Assembly (NCBI GenBank): GCA_035534495.1 | Contig: DATLRW010000197.1 | Span: 1,561 to 65,560, forward strand | Source of the DNA: Candidatus Dormiibacterota bacterium | GTDB lineage: Bacteria > Acidobacteriota > Terriglobia > Acidiferrales > UBA7541 | Direction: 5' to 3' | DNA: 64,000 bases | Shown here: positions 1 through 9,064 of the stretch, one piece after another | How the letters are laid out: each line of letters begins with the position of its first letter | Position numbering within the stretch: the stretch's first letter is position 1 | Notes under the pieces: generated by a model | Databases searched by the model: none | The model's input: the letters and a program-made list of their open reading frames with translations, nothing else | Told to the model about the DNA's origin: nothing | Position numbers and translations under genes: made by a program

Positions 1-375
1 GTCGACGCCCCTTGTTCCGGCACCGGCACGCTCGCCCGCAATCCGGAAATCCGCTGGCGCCTGCGGCCCGAAGATATTGCCGACCTGGCCGGCCGTCAGG
101 CGCGCATTCTTCGCAACGCCCTGAGCGTGCTTTCGCCCGGCGGGCGGCTGGTCTATGCCACCTGTTCGGTCGAGCCGGAGGAAAACGAGGGCGTTGTGCG
201 CACGGTCATCGGCGAGACGAGCGGAATCCGGCTGGCGCATTCGGCCGGCGTGCTGGCCCCGAGCCTGGCGCAGGGCGTTTCCGCCGAACGGCTCTTCGAT
301 CGAAACGGTTTTTTCCGCAGCTCGCCCGATTTTGCGACCGACGGATTCTTCGCCGCCGTATTCGAGCGGGATTGA
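1..375 (+). CDS. rsmB: 16S rRNA m5C methyltransferase, RsmB / NOL1-NOP2-Sun family, C-terminal part (5' end lies outside the window)
   Basis: Frame 1 is open from nt 1 and reads VDAPCSGTGTLARNPEIRW...GGRLVYATCS...FFAAVFERD, which are Sun/RsmB SAM-binding and catalytic-Cys motifs. TGA at 373-375. Confidence 0.85.
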   Translation, partial: VDAPCSGTGTLARNPEIRWRLRPEDIADLAGRQARILRNALSVLSPGGRLVYATCSVEPEENEGVVRTVIGETSGIRLAHSAGVLAPSLAQGVSAERLFDRNGFFRSSPDFATDGFFAAVFERD

Positions 376-531
376 CGCCGCGCGCGGACGCCCCCTAAAA
401 CGTAACAAAGGCCCGCGAGAATGGCTTGAACCGCGTCGTGCGGCGATGGGCAATCGGTTTCCGAAGCCTGCTTGCCTGCGAACTGCCCGGTCGGTAGTCT
501 GGTATGCTGTCGCGGGGCGGCATGAAAAGCG

Positions 532-1350
532 ATGTCCATGGGACTGCGTGAAAAGTTCTGGCGGGTGGGTCGCTTTTTTCTGCTGCTTTTCGTGCTGGGC
601 TCGGCGGCCTTCCTGAGTGCCATCACCGCCATGCGGCTTGCGATTGAAGGCCGTACCGTGCAGATGCCGGACATCGTCGGTCGCGCCTACCCGCAAGCGC
701 AAATGGCCCTGCGCCACAATCATCTCTCCGTTATCGTCGCCGACCACGTCTACAGCGGCTTGCCCGTTGACAACGTCGTGCGCCAAAGCCCCCCGCCGGG
801 AACGGAAGTGAAAGTGGGGCAGCAGGCGCAGGTCGTTCTCAGCCTGGGGCAACAGGAAGTGACCGTGCCCAATCTGACCGATCGCAGCCTGCCCGACGCG
901 CGTTTGCAGTTGCTCAACGCCGGCCTGCAACTCGGCGAAGTTTCCTACATCTACTCCGCCGGCCAGCCGGATGGCCTGATCCTCCAGCAGGACCCTTTGC
1001 CGGGAGAGAATGGGCTTGCCAGTCCGCGAGTATCCGTGCTCGTTTCGCTCGGCCCCAGGCCGCCGGCATACGTGATGCCCGACTTGAAAGGGACCTCGGT
1101 CAGCCAGGCGCGGCAACTGTTGGAGGTGGCGAGCCTTCAGCCGCCGCAGATTCAACAGGTGGCGGGCGCCCCCATCGCGGGCGAGGTTGTGACGGGACAG
1201 AGCCCGCCCGTAGGCTCCCGGGTCGACCAGACGACGCCGATCACCATTCACCTCGGGGTCCCCGCGGCGGCCGGCCCGGGCGGCCTGACGCAAAAGCAGG
1301 AAGCGTACCCGCCGGAACTCTATGTTAGAATGCGCGGAAGGTTGCGATGA
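532..1350 (+). CDS. Membrane-anchored PASTA-domain protein: one N-terminal TM helix and three PASTA repeats, with no kinase or transpeptidase domain
   Basis: 272-aa ORF. Hydrophobic segment FFLLLFVLGSAAFLSAITAM is followed by three ~65-aa repeats (PDIVGR...VVLSLG, VPNLTDR...VLVSLG, MPDLKGT...ITIHLG). The stop overlaps the rpe start (ATGA at 1347-1350). Confidence 0.8.
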   Translation: MSMGLREKFWRVGRFFLLLFVLGSAAFLSAITAMRLAIEGRTVQMPDIVGRAYPQAQMALRHNHLSVIVADHVYSGLPVDNVVRQSPPPGTEVKVGQQAQVVLSLGQQEVTVPNLTDRSLPDARLQLLNAGLQLGEVSYIYSAGQPDGLILQQDPLPGENGLASPRVSVLVSLGPRPPAYVMPDLKGTSVSQARQLLEVASLQPPQIQQVAGAPIAGEVVTGQSPPVGSRVDQTTPITIHLGVPAAAGPGGLTQKQEAYPPELYVRMRGRLR

Positions 1351-2039
1351 CCCGTACGAAAAACCGCGTCGAGATTGCCCCATCGATTCTGGCGGCCAAT
1401 TTTGCCTGCCTCGAGCGCGAAATTCAGGCGGCAGAATCGGGCGGAGCGCGTTCGATTCACGTGGACGTGATGGACGGGCACTTCGTGCCGAATCTGACGA
1501 TCGGCGTGCCGGTTGTCGCTTCGATTCGGGCGATCACCACGTTGCCCATCGGCGTTCACCTGATGATCGACAACCCCGGCGACTTCATCGATCCGTTCGT
1601 TCGCGCCGGCGCGGACCGCCTCTACGTTCACCAGGAAGCCACCCCACACCTCGACCGCGTCCTGAACGCGATCCGGGATCGGGGCGTCGAAGCGGCTGTC
1701 GCTATCAACCCGGCCACGCCGTCCTCGTTGTTGTCCGAAGTGCTCGATTTGGCGAGCGTGATTCTGGTGATGACGGTCAACCCCGGGTTTGGCGGCCAGC
1801 GATTCATTCCGCGGTCGATCGGTAAAATCCGCGAGCTCACGGAGATTCGGGCGCGTTATAATGGGACTTTCCGAATTGCGGTGGACGGGGGAATCGGCCT
1901 GGAAAACGTCGACGAGGTTGTCCGCGCGGGAGCGGAAATTCTGGTTGCGGGGACATCGGTGTTTCACACCCCGGATGCCGGCGCCGCCGTGCGCCAATTG
2001 CTCGATCGGGCGCAAGAGGCCCTAACGCTCAAGGTATGA
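1347..2039 (+). CDS. rpe: Ribulose-phosphate 3-epimerase
   Basis: 230-aa ORF with IAPSILAANF, HVDVMDGHFVPNLT, VMTVNPGFGGQ and AVDGG motifs typical of Rpe. Confidence 0.95.
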   Translation: MTRTKNRVEIAPSILAANFACLEREIQAAESGGARSIHVDVMDGHFVPNLTIGVPVVASIRAITTLPIGVHLMIDNPGDFIDPFVRAGADRLYVHQEATPHLDRVLNAIRDRGVEAAVAINPATPSSLLSEVLDLASVILVMTVNPGFGGQRFIPRSIGKIRELTEIRARYNGTFRIAVDGGIGLENVDEVVRAGAEILVAGTSVFHTPDAGAAVRQLLDRAQEALTLKV

Positions 2040-3358
2040 ATTCCTCGACCAAGCGAAATCTTCCCCTGCTGGTTCTGGCGGTCTCACTCTCGCTCGGCAC
2101 AAGCGGCTGCCTGTTCTTCGGCCGCAAGGCCAAGGCGCCCCTGGCGGGCGTGCGCGCCGCTCCGGACAAGGTCCTCTACGATCAGGCCATGGAGGACTTG
2201 AAGCACAACCACTTCATCGTCGGCCGGCTGGCGCTGCAAACCCTGATCAATACCTACCCCGACAGCGAATATCTGGCCAAGTCGAAGCTCGCCATTGCCA
2301 ATTCCTACTATAAGCAGGGCGGCACCGACGGGCTGACGCAAGCGGCCGCGCAATACAAGGACTTCATCACTTTCTTCCCGTTTCTCCACGAGGCTGCTTT
2401 CGCCCAGTACCGCATCGCGATGTCCCATTTCCGAATGATGGAAAAGCCGGATCGTGATCCCACTCAGGCTCTCGACGCCGAGGCCGAGCTTCAGACGATG
2501 ATCGAGACCTACCCCAAGAGCCGCTGGACCGGCCAGGCCAAGCAGCGCCTGCGCGAGGTGCAAGAGGTTCTGGCCGAGGGTGAATTTGAAGTCGCCAGCT
2601 TCTACAACCTCCGCAGGGCGTATGCGCCGGCTGCCGCGCGCCTGCTCGATCTCACGGCGCGCTACCCGCTCTTCAGCGAGGCTGACCAGGCGAACTTCAT
2701 GCTCGGCAAGATTTACGAAAGAAGCGAGCACAACGAATTTGCCGCCCGTTTCTATTCCAGGATCGTCCGCGATTACCCGCTTTCGAGTCTGGTTCCGGAC
2801 GCCAAGAAGCGCCTCGTTGCCCTGGGCTATCCCGTGCCGCAGCCCGATTCAAGCGCCCTGGCGCGAATGCGGGAAGAAGAGAAATATATTCACGAGCGCC
2901 CGGGAATCCTTCGCGAGGCCCTCGGCATGGTCCATAACGGCCCCGACGTTTCTCACTCCGCTCATTTCGGCGAGCCGAACATGACGCCCAATACCGCGGT
3001 CATCACGGCGCGGCAGGTGCTCGAACCTTCCATCGTGGCCATGGCCTCCACCGGGACGCTGGGAGGCGCCGGCACGATCTCGGCTTCGGTTGTTCCCTCG
3101 GGATCGGGCTCGAACGGGCCCGCGGCGAGCCCGTCGCCGAATATGTCCGGAACGAGCAGCGTGGCCGTCTCCGCCGATTCGCCGATCGCCGACAATTCAG
3201 GCGACAATTCAGGCAATGCGCCATCCGCGCAAGACCCGGGAAAGAACCCGCCGGCGAAGGTTAACCAGGCCAAAGCAAAGACCGGGAAAAAGGGCCACAG
3301 CACCGACGCAAAGAAGAAAAAAAAGAAGGGCTTGCTCCACAGGCTCGTTCCGTTTTAA
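2036..3358 (+). CDS. bamD: Outer membrane protein assembly factor BamD (YfiO-like TPR lipoprotein) with a long low-complexity C-terminal extension
   Basis: 440-aa ORF. Signal plus lipobox-like LSLGTSGC, then a BamD-like TPR core (YDQAMEDLKHNHF, AKSKLAIANSYYKQG, YRIAMSHF, ETYPKSRW, EVASFY), then a ~170-aa Ser/Gly/Pro/Lys-rich tail. ATGA overlap with the rpe stop. Confidence 0.8.
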   Translation: MNSSTKRNLPLLVLAVSLSLGTSGCLFFGRKAKAPLAGVRAAPDKVLYDQAMEDLKHNHFIVGRLALQTLINTYPDSEYLAKSKLAIANSYYKQGGTDGLTQAAAQYKDFITFFPFLHEAAFAQYRIAMSHFRMMEKPDRDPTQALDAEAELQTMIETYPKSRWTGQAKQRLREVQEVLAEGEFEVASFYNLRRAYAPAAARLLDLTARYPLFSEADQANFMLGKIYERSEHNEFAARFYSRIVRDYPLSSLVPDAKKRLVALGYPVPQPDSSALARMREEEKYIHERPGILREALGMVHNGPDVSHSAHFGEPNMTPNTAVITARQVLEPSIVAMASTGTLGGAGTISASVVPSGSGSNGPAASPSPNMSGTSSVAVSADSPIADNSGDNSGNAPSAQDPGKNPPAKVNQAKAKTGKKGHSTDAKKKKKKGLLHRLVPF

Positions 3359-3453
3359 CCGCCGCCGCGCGTCGCGCCGGCCTTGACCGGCCATCTTTTC
3401 GATTTTTCCGCCGCCCGTTCCGCCCGGGCATTCCCCTCCAACTGCTATAGTTT

Positions 3454-4494
3454 TTGTTCGCTTCCATGCGCTATTTCGAACAAATCATTCGCCGGTACGA
3501 GCACAAGCGCTGGGCCGCCGAAAATAACCGCTCCGGCCGCCCGTTCGATTGGGGGATCGAGCATATCGGCGGGCCGGACGGCCACCCCGACCCTCGCGCG
3601 TTTCTGGATCGTTTTGCGGTGGAAACGACCCGGTCGAGCGACCTCTGGTTCGCTGCCGAACCGCCGGATGACGCCCGTCTGCGGGACGAAGCGGATGGAA
3701 AGGTTCTGACGTTCACGAGCGCCGTGCGCTCGCCCTGGGCCGAAAACAACCTCGTTTGGGCGCGTTATTTCCCCTCGCCGGGGGCGCGCGCGGCGGTTGT
3801 CGTGCTGCCGCAGTGGAACGCCGGCTGGGATGCCCACGCGGGCGTCTGCCGCTGGCTGAACCGGTTCGGCATGAGCGCGCTGAAGATGAGCCTGCCGTAT
3901 CACGACCGGCGCGCCGTGGGCGGAATGTATCGCGATAATTTCCTGGTCGGCCCGAATATCGGCCTGACCCTGCAAGCGAACCGGCAGGCCGTCACCGACG
4001 TGCGCCGGTGCCTGCGCTGGCTCGAACGTCGGGGCTATGCCCGGCTGGGAGTGCTGGGGACCAGCATCGGCTCGGCCATCGCCTGCATCACCACCGCTCA
4101 CGATCCTTCGATTCGCGCCGGCGCCTTCCTGCACGTCTCGACGAGTTTCGGCGAGGTCGTCAGCACGGGGATGACGACGATGCACGTCTGGGAGCCGATG
4201 CGCGCGCACGTTTCCCGCGACGAGATCCGCCACTTCTGGGCCCCGATCAGTCCCTATCCCTACGCCGGGCGGCTGGCGGGCAGCGGCCAGAAACTGCTGA
4301 TGATCAGCGGGCGCTACGACCCGACGTTCTGGCCCGAATTTTCCGAGGGGATGTTCGGCAAAGTCCTGGAGAGCGGCGCCGATCTGGAAATTCTTCGCCT
4401 GCCGTGCGGCCACTATTCCCTGGACCGGCCGCCCTTCAGCTTCATCGCGGGCCTGCGTTTCGGCGCCTTCCTGCGCGACCGCCTGGTTCTCTAG
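3454..4494 (+). CDS. Alpha/beta-fold hydrolase (ABHD18/DUF2048-like)
   Basis: 346-aa ORF with nucleophile elbow GTSIGS and later SGRYDP and CGHYS as likely Asp/His. The track start is TTG 3454. ATG 3466 (MRYFEQ) is an alternative start. Confidence 0.7.
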   Translation: MFASMRYFEQIIRRYEHKRWAAENNRSGRPFDWGIEHIGGPDGHPDPRAFLDRFAVETTRSSDLWFAAEPPDDARLRDEADGKVLTFTSAVRSPWAENNLVWARYFPSPGARAAVVVLPQWNAGWDAHAGVCRWLNRFGMSALKMSLPYHDRRAVGGMYRDNFLVGPNIGLTLQANRQAVTDVRRCLRWLERRGYARLGVLGTSIGSAIACITTAHDPSIRAGAFLHVSTSFGEVVSTGMTTMHVWEPMRAHVSRDEIRHFWAPISPYPYAGRLAGSGQKLLMISGRYDPTFWPEFSEGMFGKVLESGADLEILRLPCGHYSLDRPPFSFIAGLRFGAFLRDRLVL

Positions 4495-4521
4495 ACGCCG
4501 GGCGCGCAGGCGGGCGGCGGC

Positions 4522-4956
4522 TTATTTCGCCGGGTCGGCGGCGGGGAGGGACGTCAGCGGAAAATATTTCCGGTATTTCTCGGGGAGAGCCTTGGAATGG
4601 CCTTGCCCGTCGCAGATGACGTGCAGGGTTTCGCCCGTGGCGAGAAGCTCGCCGGTGGCCTCGCGCAGGATTTCATAGCCAAAGCGCAGCGTTCGCGTGC
4701 GGGATTCCACGAGCCAGGTGCGAATCAGGATGACGTCGTCGTAACGGGACGGTTTGAGGTAGCGGCAGCGGGCTTCGGCGACGACTGCCCAGCTGTCGTC
4801 AACCTTTTCCATCTCCTTGTAGGAAAATCCCATCTGGCGGAATGTCTCCACCCGGCCGATCTCGAACCAGACCAGGTAATTCGCGTAGTACACGACGCCC
4901 ATCTGGTCCGTTTCCGCGTAGCGCACCCGCGCGGTGGTTTCATAGAATTCGTTCAT
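4522..4956 (-). CDS. Acyl-CoA thioesterase, 4HBT/YbgC hotdog family
   Basis: 144-aa ORF. RVRYAETDQMGVVYYANYLVWFE is the canonical YbgC/4HBT N-terminal motif with the catalytic Asp. Confidence 0.85.
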   Translation of the reverse strand: MNEFYETTARVRYAETDQMGVVYYANYLVWFEIGRVETFRQMGFSYKEMEKVDDSWAVVAEARCRYLKPSRYDDVILIRTWLVESRTRTLRFGYEILREATGELLATGETLHVICDGQGHSKALPEKYRKYFPLTSLPAADPAK

Positions 4957-4960
4957 ATTT

Positions 4961-5746
4961 TTACCGTCCCGTCCATTTTGGTTTCCGCTTCTCGAGAAAC
5001 GAGGAGATGCCCTCGCGAAAATCCTGCGTCATGCGCATCCGCGCGCTGGCCTGGACCGCCAGTTCCAGTTGCCGGTCGAGCTCCCCCTCCGCCGAGGCCA
5101 GCAGCAGCCGCTTGGTTTCGAGAATACTGGCCCCGCTGGCCGCGGCCAGGGTGGCAGCGAGCGCGCGGGCCTGTGCCATCAGTTCCTGCCGCGGCACCAC
5201 TTCGGTCACCAGGCCCAGTCGCAGGGCCTCGCCGGCCTCCACCACGCGCCCGCTGAGCAGCAGATCGCGCGCCTTCTTCTCTCCGATCTGCCGCACCAGG
5301 TATATCAGAACCAGGGCGGGCATGAAGCCGACTCGCACCTCGGTATAGCCGAATTTGGCCGCCGGCACGGCCAGCGTGAAATCGCATAGCGTCGCAATCC
5401 CGCAGCCTCCCGCCATCGCGTGGCCATTCACCGCCGCGATGAGCGGTTTGGGGAAGCTGTATAGCCGGCGAAAGAAATTCGCGATGCGGCGGGCATCGGC
5501 GAGGTTCTGTTCGAACGACTGGGAATTGATCTCTTGCAGGTTTCCCAGGTCCATGCCGCCGCAGAACGCCGTGCCCGCCCCGGTGATGATGGCTGATCGT
5601 ACCGGCGATGCTTCGACCTCGGATAGCGCCGCCAGGATATCTTCCACCATTGTCTCGGAGAGCGAGTTGCGCTTCTCCGGCCGGTTGAGCGTCAGCACGG
5701 CCGCCGTCTCATCCCAATCGAGCTGCAATGTCGAATATGGCATCAT
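4961..5746 (-). CDS. Enoyl-CoA hydratase/isomerase (crotonase family), possibly methylglutaconyl-CoA hydratase given its neighbours
   Basis: 261-aa ORF with LTLNRPEKRNSL, FCGGMDL and AAVNGHAMAGGCG crotonase motifs. It lies 5 nt upstream of the thioesterase. Confidence 0.85.
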   Translation of the reverse strand: MMPYSTLQLDWDETAAVLTLNRPEKRNSLSETMVEDILAALSEVEASPVRSAIITGAGTAFCGGMDLGNLQEINSQSFEQNLADARRIANFFRRLYSFPKPLIAAVNGHAMAGGCGIATLCDFTLAVPAAKFGYTEVRVGFMPALVLIYLVRQIGEKKARDLLLSGRVVEAGEALRLGLVTEVVPRQELMAQARALAATLAAASGASILETKRLLLASAEGELDRQLELAVQASARMRMTQDFREGISSFLEKRKPKWTGR

Positions 5747-5813
5747 GGACTCCTTTTCTTCCCGCCGTGAGATGTGCCTTCGATGGCCCTGCGAAAGCCC
5801 TGCGATAAATCGA

Positions 5814-6716
5814 TCAACCGTGGGCGTAGCGACGGCGCACCGCTTCGGTTGCTTCGATGGCCCGCACTAGGGCTGTTGGCGCAATTTGCGTCCACGCGCC
5901 ATGCCGTTTGAGCGTGTTTACGACAATTTCCGTTGGAATATTACCCACCAGTTCGTCTCCCGCAAAGGGGCATCCTCCCAGCCCCGTCAGTGCCGAATCG
6001 AACCTTCGGCAGCCGGCCTGGTACGCCGCCAGCACTTTGGCAGCGGCCTCTTCGGGGCGGCTGTGGAGGTGAAGGCCGACCTCGATCCCGGCGGCCGAGC
6101 CCAGCACGGCACCGAGCAGGCGGCCGATCTCTTCGGGCCGCGCCACACCCACCGTGTCGGCCAGGGAAACGGCCTTCACGCCCGATTCCCGAAGGCGGCC
6201 GACCTCGGCCGCGACGGCTTCCGGACTCCACGGCTCGCCATACGGGTTTCCGAAGGCCATCGAAATATAGATGACCAGTTGGCGCCCGGCCAGCGCGCAG
6301 GCGCCGGCTAGACGCTCGACCAGGACCCGGGAATTTTTCACGGTTGTGTGCGCGTTCGATTCGAGAAATTTTCCGGAAGGAGAGTGCGGATAACCGACCG
6401 TTGTGACGCGGGGTGTCGCGAGCGCCCTTTCGAGGCCGGCTTCGTTCACGACGATCCCGATGATTTCCGTCTCCTTGAGCGCGGCTCCATCCGCGGCGAG
6501 TTGCTCCATTACCTGCTCGCTGTCGGCCATCTGGGGCACGTATTGCGGGGAAACGAAGCTGACCGCATCGATGTGAGTGAAGCCGCAGCCGATGAGTGTG
6601 CGCAGATAGCGGACTTTTTCGCCGGCCGGAACCATCCGTGGCAGCCCTTGCCAGGCGTCGCGAGGACATTCCACCAGTTTCACGGCATTCACGGGGTCAA
6701 CCGCCGCGGGGCCCAT
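5814..6716 (-). CDS. Hydroxymethylglutaryl-CoA lyase (HMGL-like TIM barrel)
   Basis: Last 300 codons of track ORF 5814..7439, with VECPRDAWQG, LADTVG and GLGGCPFAG motifs. The ATG at 6716-6714 overlaps the upstream TGA (6718-6716). The N-terminal 241 codons of the track ORF overlap the carboxyltransferase gene in another frame. Confidence 0.85.
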   Translation of the reverse strand: MGPAAVDPVNAVKLVECPRDAWQGLPRMVPAGEKVRYLRTLIGCGFTHIDAVSFVSPQYVPQMADSEQVMEQLAADGAALKETEIIGIVVNEAGLERALATPRVTTVGYPHSPSGKFLESNAHTTVKNSRVLVERLAGACALAGRQLVIYISMAFGNPYGEPWSPEAVAAEVGRLRESGVKAVSLADTVGVARPEEIGRLLGAVLGSAAGIEVGLHLHSRPEEAAAKVLAAYQAGCRRFDSALTGLGGCPFAGDELVGNIPTEIVVNTLKRHGAWTQIAPTALVRAIEATEAVRRRYAHG

Positions 6717-8395
6717 CAGGTTTGCAACACGCCGGTCTTGAATTCGGGCATTTCCGGGTTCAGCGCCGCCGATTCCAGCGCCCATTCGAGCGCCTCGCGC
6801 GTTCGCGACGGATCGATAATCGCATCGACCCAAAGTCTGGCGGCGGCATATCGCGGGTCGGTCTGCTTCTCGTAGGTCGCGCGAGTCGATTCGTAGAGTT
6901 CCTCTTTTTCGCGGGGCCCCGGTATCTTTCCCTGGCGCTCGAGTTGCCGCACGCGAATTTCCACCAGGGTTTCGGCGGCCGATTCGCCGCTCATCACGGC
7001 GTAACGCGCCGTCGGCCACGCGAAGATGAACCGAGGGTCGTAGGCCTTGCCGCACATGGCGTAATGGCCCGCGCCGAAGCTTCCCCCGCAAATCACGGTG
7101 ATTTTGGGGACCACGCTGTTGGCCACGGCGTTCACCATCTTCGCCCCGGCGCGAATGATCCCGTTCCATTCCGCCTCGCGGCCCACCATAAATCCGTTCA
7201 CGTCTTGCAGAAACACCAGGGGAATCCGGTTCTGATTGCAGGCCATGATGAACCGCGCGGCCTTGTCCGCCGATTCGGGGTAAATCACCCCGCCGAACTC
7301 CATCCGCCTCTCCCCGCTCCCGGGAGTTTTGGCCTCGACATGCATTTTCTGATTGGCGACGATGCCTACCGCCCAGCCGCCGATCCGGGCGTAGCCGCAC
7401 AGCACCGTCCCGCCGTATTCCGGCCGGTACTCTTCCCAATCGCTCGCGTCCACCAGGCGCGCGATCACCTCCCGCATGTCGTATGGCCTGGCCGGATCGG
7501 CGGAGAAAATGCCGGGAATCTCATCTTCAGGGTAGGCCGGGGATCGCGGCGCAGCCCGGTCGAAAGCGGGATCGGGCGGCCGGCCCATCTTCTCGACCAG
7601 GGCGCGGATGCGCGCGATGCACGCCTGGTCGTCTGGCTCGCGGAAATCCACCGTGCCGCTGATTTCGGCGTGCATGCGCGCGCCGCCCAGTTCCTCGGCG
7701 CTCACGCGTTGCCCGATCGCCGCCTGCACCAGCGCCGGCCCCGCCAGGAACAGCCCGCTGCCTTCGGTCATCAGGATGTGGTCGCACATGACCGGCAGGT
7801 AGGCGCCGCCGGCGACGCACATCCCCATGATCGCGGTGATCTGGGGAATACCCTTGGCGCTCATCACCGCGTTGTTCCGGAATACCCGCCCGAAATCGTC
7901 GGTATCGGGAAAAACGTCCTCCTGCAAGGGCAGGAAAATCCCCGCTGAATCGACCAGATAGATGGTCGGGATGCGGTTGTCGAGCGCGATATTCTGGGCG
8001 CGGATCACCTTTTTCGCCGTCATCGGGAAAAATGCTCCGGCTTTCACCGTCGCGTCACTCGCGACGATCATCATCAGGCGCCCCGCCACGCGGCCCATGC
8101 CGGTAATCGTTCCCGCGGCGGGCGCGCCGCCCCATTCCTCGTACATCTGGTAGGCGGCATAGAGGCCCAGCTCGAAAAATTCCGTTCCCGGATCGACGAG
8201 CCTGGCAATCCGTTCCCGCGCCGTCAGACGATTTTTTTTGTGCCGCGATTCGATGGCCTGCAGTCCGCCGCCGCGCTGGATTTCTTCCTCTTCCCGGCGC
8301 ATCGACCGGGTCCGATCGAGCATCAGCCGGCGGTTCCGGTAGTACTCCTTCGACGTGTTGTCGATGCGGGATTCGATTCGCGCCACCGCGGCCAT
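6716..8395 (-). CDS. Acyl-CoA carboxylase carboxyltransferase (beta) subunit, methylcrotonyl-CoA carboxylase beta / GcdA-like
   Basis: 559-aa ORF. ASDATVKAGAFFPMTAKKVIRAQ, IYLVDSAGIFLP, MGMCVAGGAYLP and LFLAGPALV are typical of the MCC-beta-type carboxyltransferase domain order. Confidence 0.85.
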   Translation of the reverse strand: MAAVARIESRIDNTSKEYYRNRRLMLDRTRSMRREEEEIQRGGGLQAIESRHKKNRLTARERIARLVDPGTEFFELGLYAAYQMYEEWGGAPAAGTITGMGRVAGRLMMIVASDATVKAGAFFPMTAKKVIRAQNIALDNRIPTIYLVDSAGIFLPLQEDVFPDTDDFGRVFRNNAVMSAKGIPQITAIMGMCVAGGAYLPVMCDHILMTEGSGLFLAGPALVQAAIGQRVSAEELGGARMHAEISGTVDFREPDDQACIARIRALVEKMGRPPDPAFDRAAPRSPAYPEDEIPGIFSADPARPYDMREVIARLVDASDWEEYRPEYGGTVLCGYARIGGWAVGIVANQKMHVEAKTPGSGERRMEFGGVIYPESADKAARFIMACNQNRIPLVFLQDVNGFMVGREAEWNGIIRAGAKMVNAVANSVVPKITVICGGSFGAGHYAMCGKAYDPRFIFAWPTARYAVMSGESAAETLVEIRVRQLERQGKIPGPREKEELYESTRATYEKQTDPRYAAARLWVDAIIDPSRTREALEWALESAALNPEMPEFKTGVLQT

Positions 8396-8524
8396 CCTCC
8401 GGAAGATTCCGGGCGAACAGTATACGCCCGCCTTTGGAACTGGATGTCTGCGGAATCGGCCGGGGCGGGGATTGCCTCGATCCCCATTGGGGAAACTCAG
8501 GGCGAGGATATCAACGCGGAAGAG

Positions 8525-8947
8525 CTACTTCTTTGTTGTTTCCGTTTGCCGGTTTTGGGCCAGCCGGCGAACGAAGTCGACAACCTGCTGCGTCGAGGTC
8601 CCCGGCAGGAACACGCCGGCAATTCCCAATTCCCGCAGGCCCGGAATATCCGAATCCGGAATAATTCCGCCGATGACGATCGGAACGTCGTCCATGCCCT
8701 TGGCGCGGAGCAGCCTGGCCAGTTCGGCGCAGAGCACGTTGTGCGCGCCGGAGAGAATCGAGAGGCCGATCACGTCGACGTCTTCCTGCGCCGCGGCGGA
8801 GGCGATCATCTCGGGCGTCTGCCGCAGCCCCGTGTAGATCACCTCCATCCCCGCGTCGCGCAGGGCCCGCGCAATCACCTTGGCTCCGCGGTCGTGGCCG
8901 TCGAGTCCCGGTTTGGCGATCAATACGCGAATTTTCTTCTCGGACAT
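8525..8947 (-). CDS. B12-binding small subunit of a split acyl-CoA mutase (IcmB/MCM C-terminal-domain type)
   Basis: 140 aa from [24 protein letters not shown], which contains the DxHxxG cobalamin-His motif. Followed by SILSGAH and IVIGGIIP. Start chosen at ATG 8947 inside track ORF 8525..8992. Confidence 0.85.
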   Translation of the reverse strand: MSEKKIRVLIAKPGLDGHDRGAKVIARALRDAGMEVIYTGLRQTPEMIASAAAQEDVDVIGLSILSGAHNVLCAELARLLRAKGMDDVPIVIGGIIPDSDIPGLRELGIAGVFLPGTSTQQVVDFVRRLAQNRQTETTKK

Positions 8948-9064
8948 GGCCGATCGATCCGCCTTCGCGCCGCTGCGCTCCATGGCTCGCACGGCGTTTT
9001 CCTGCCGGTCAGAAAGCTTAGCACAGCGGGGTTTTCCGTCTACCGGCGAGCGGCTGAAAGCGGT

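Noticed and set aside
5814-7439. The track ORF of 541 aa could be read as one gene.
   Set aside because: Only the last 300 codons look like HMG-CoA lyase. The first 241 codons overlap the carboxyltransferase CDS in another frame and read as Arg/Gly-rich filler. ATG 6716 overlaps the upstream stop, which fits a coupled start.
9018-9026. TTAGCACAG is a CIRCE-like half-site.
   Set aside because: There is no inverted partner (GAGTGCTAA) within the expected 9-nt spacing. It sits between the protease and B12-subunit genes, not near any chaperone gene.
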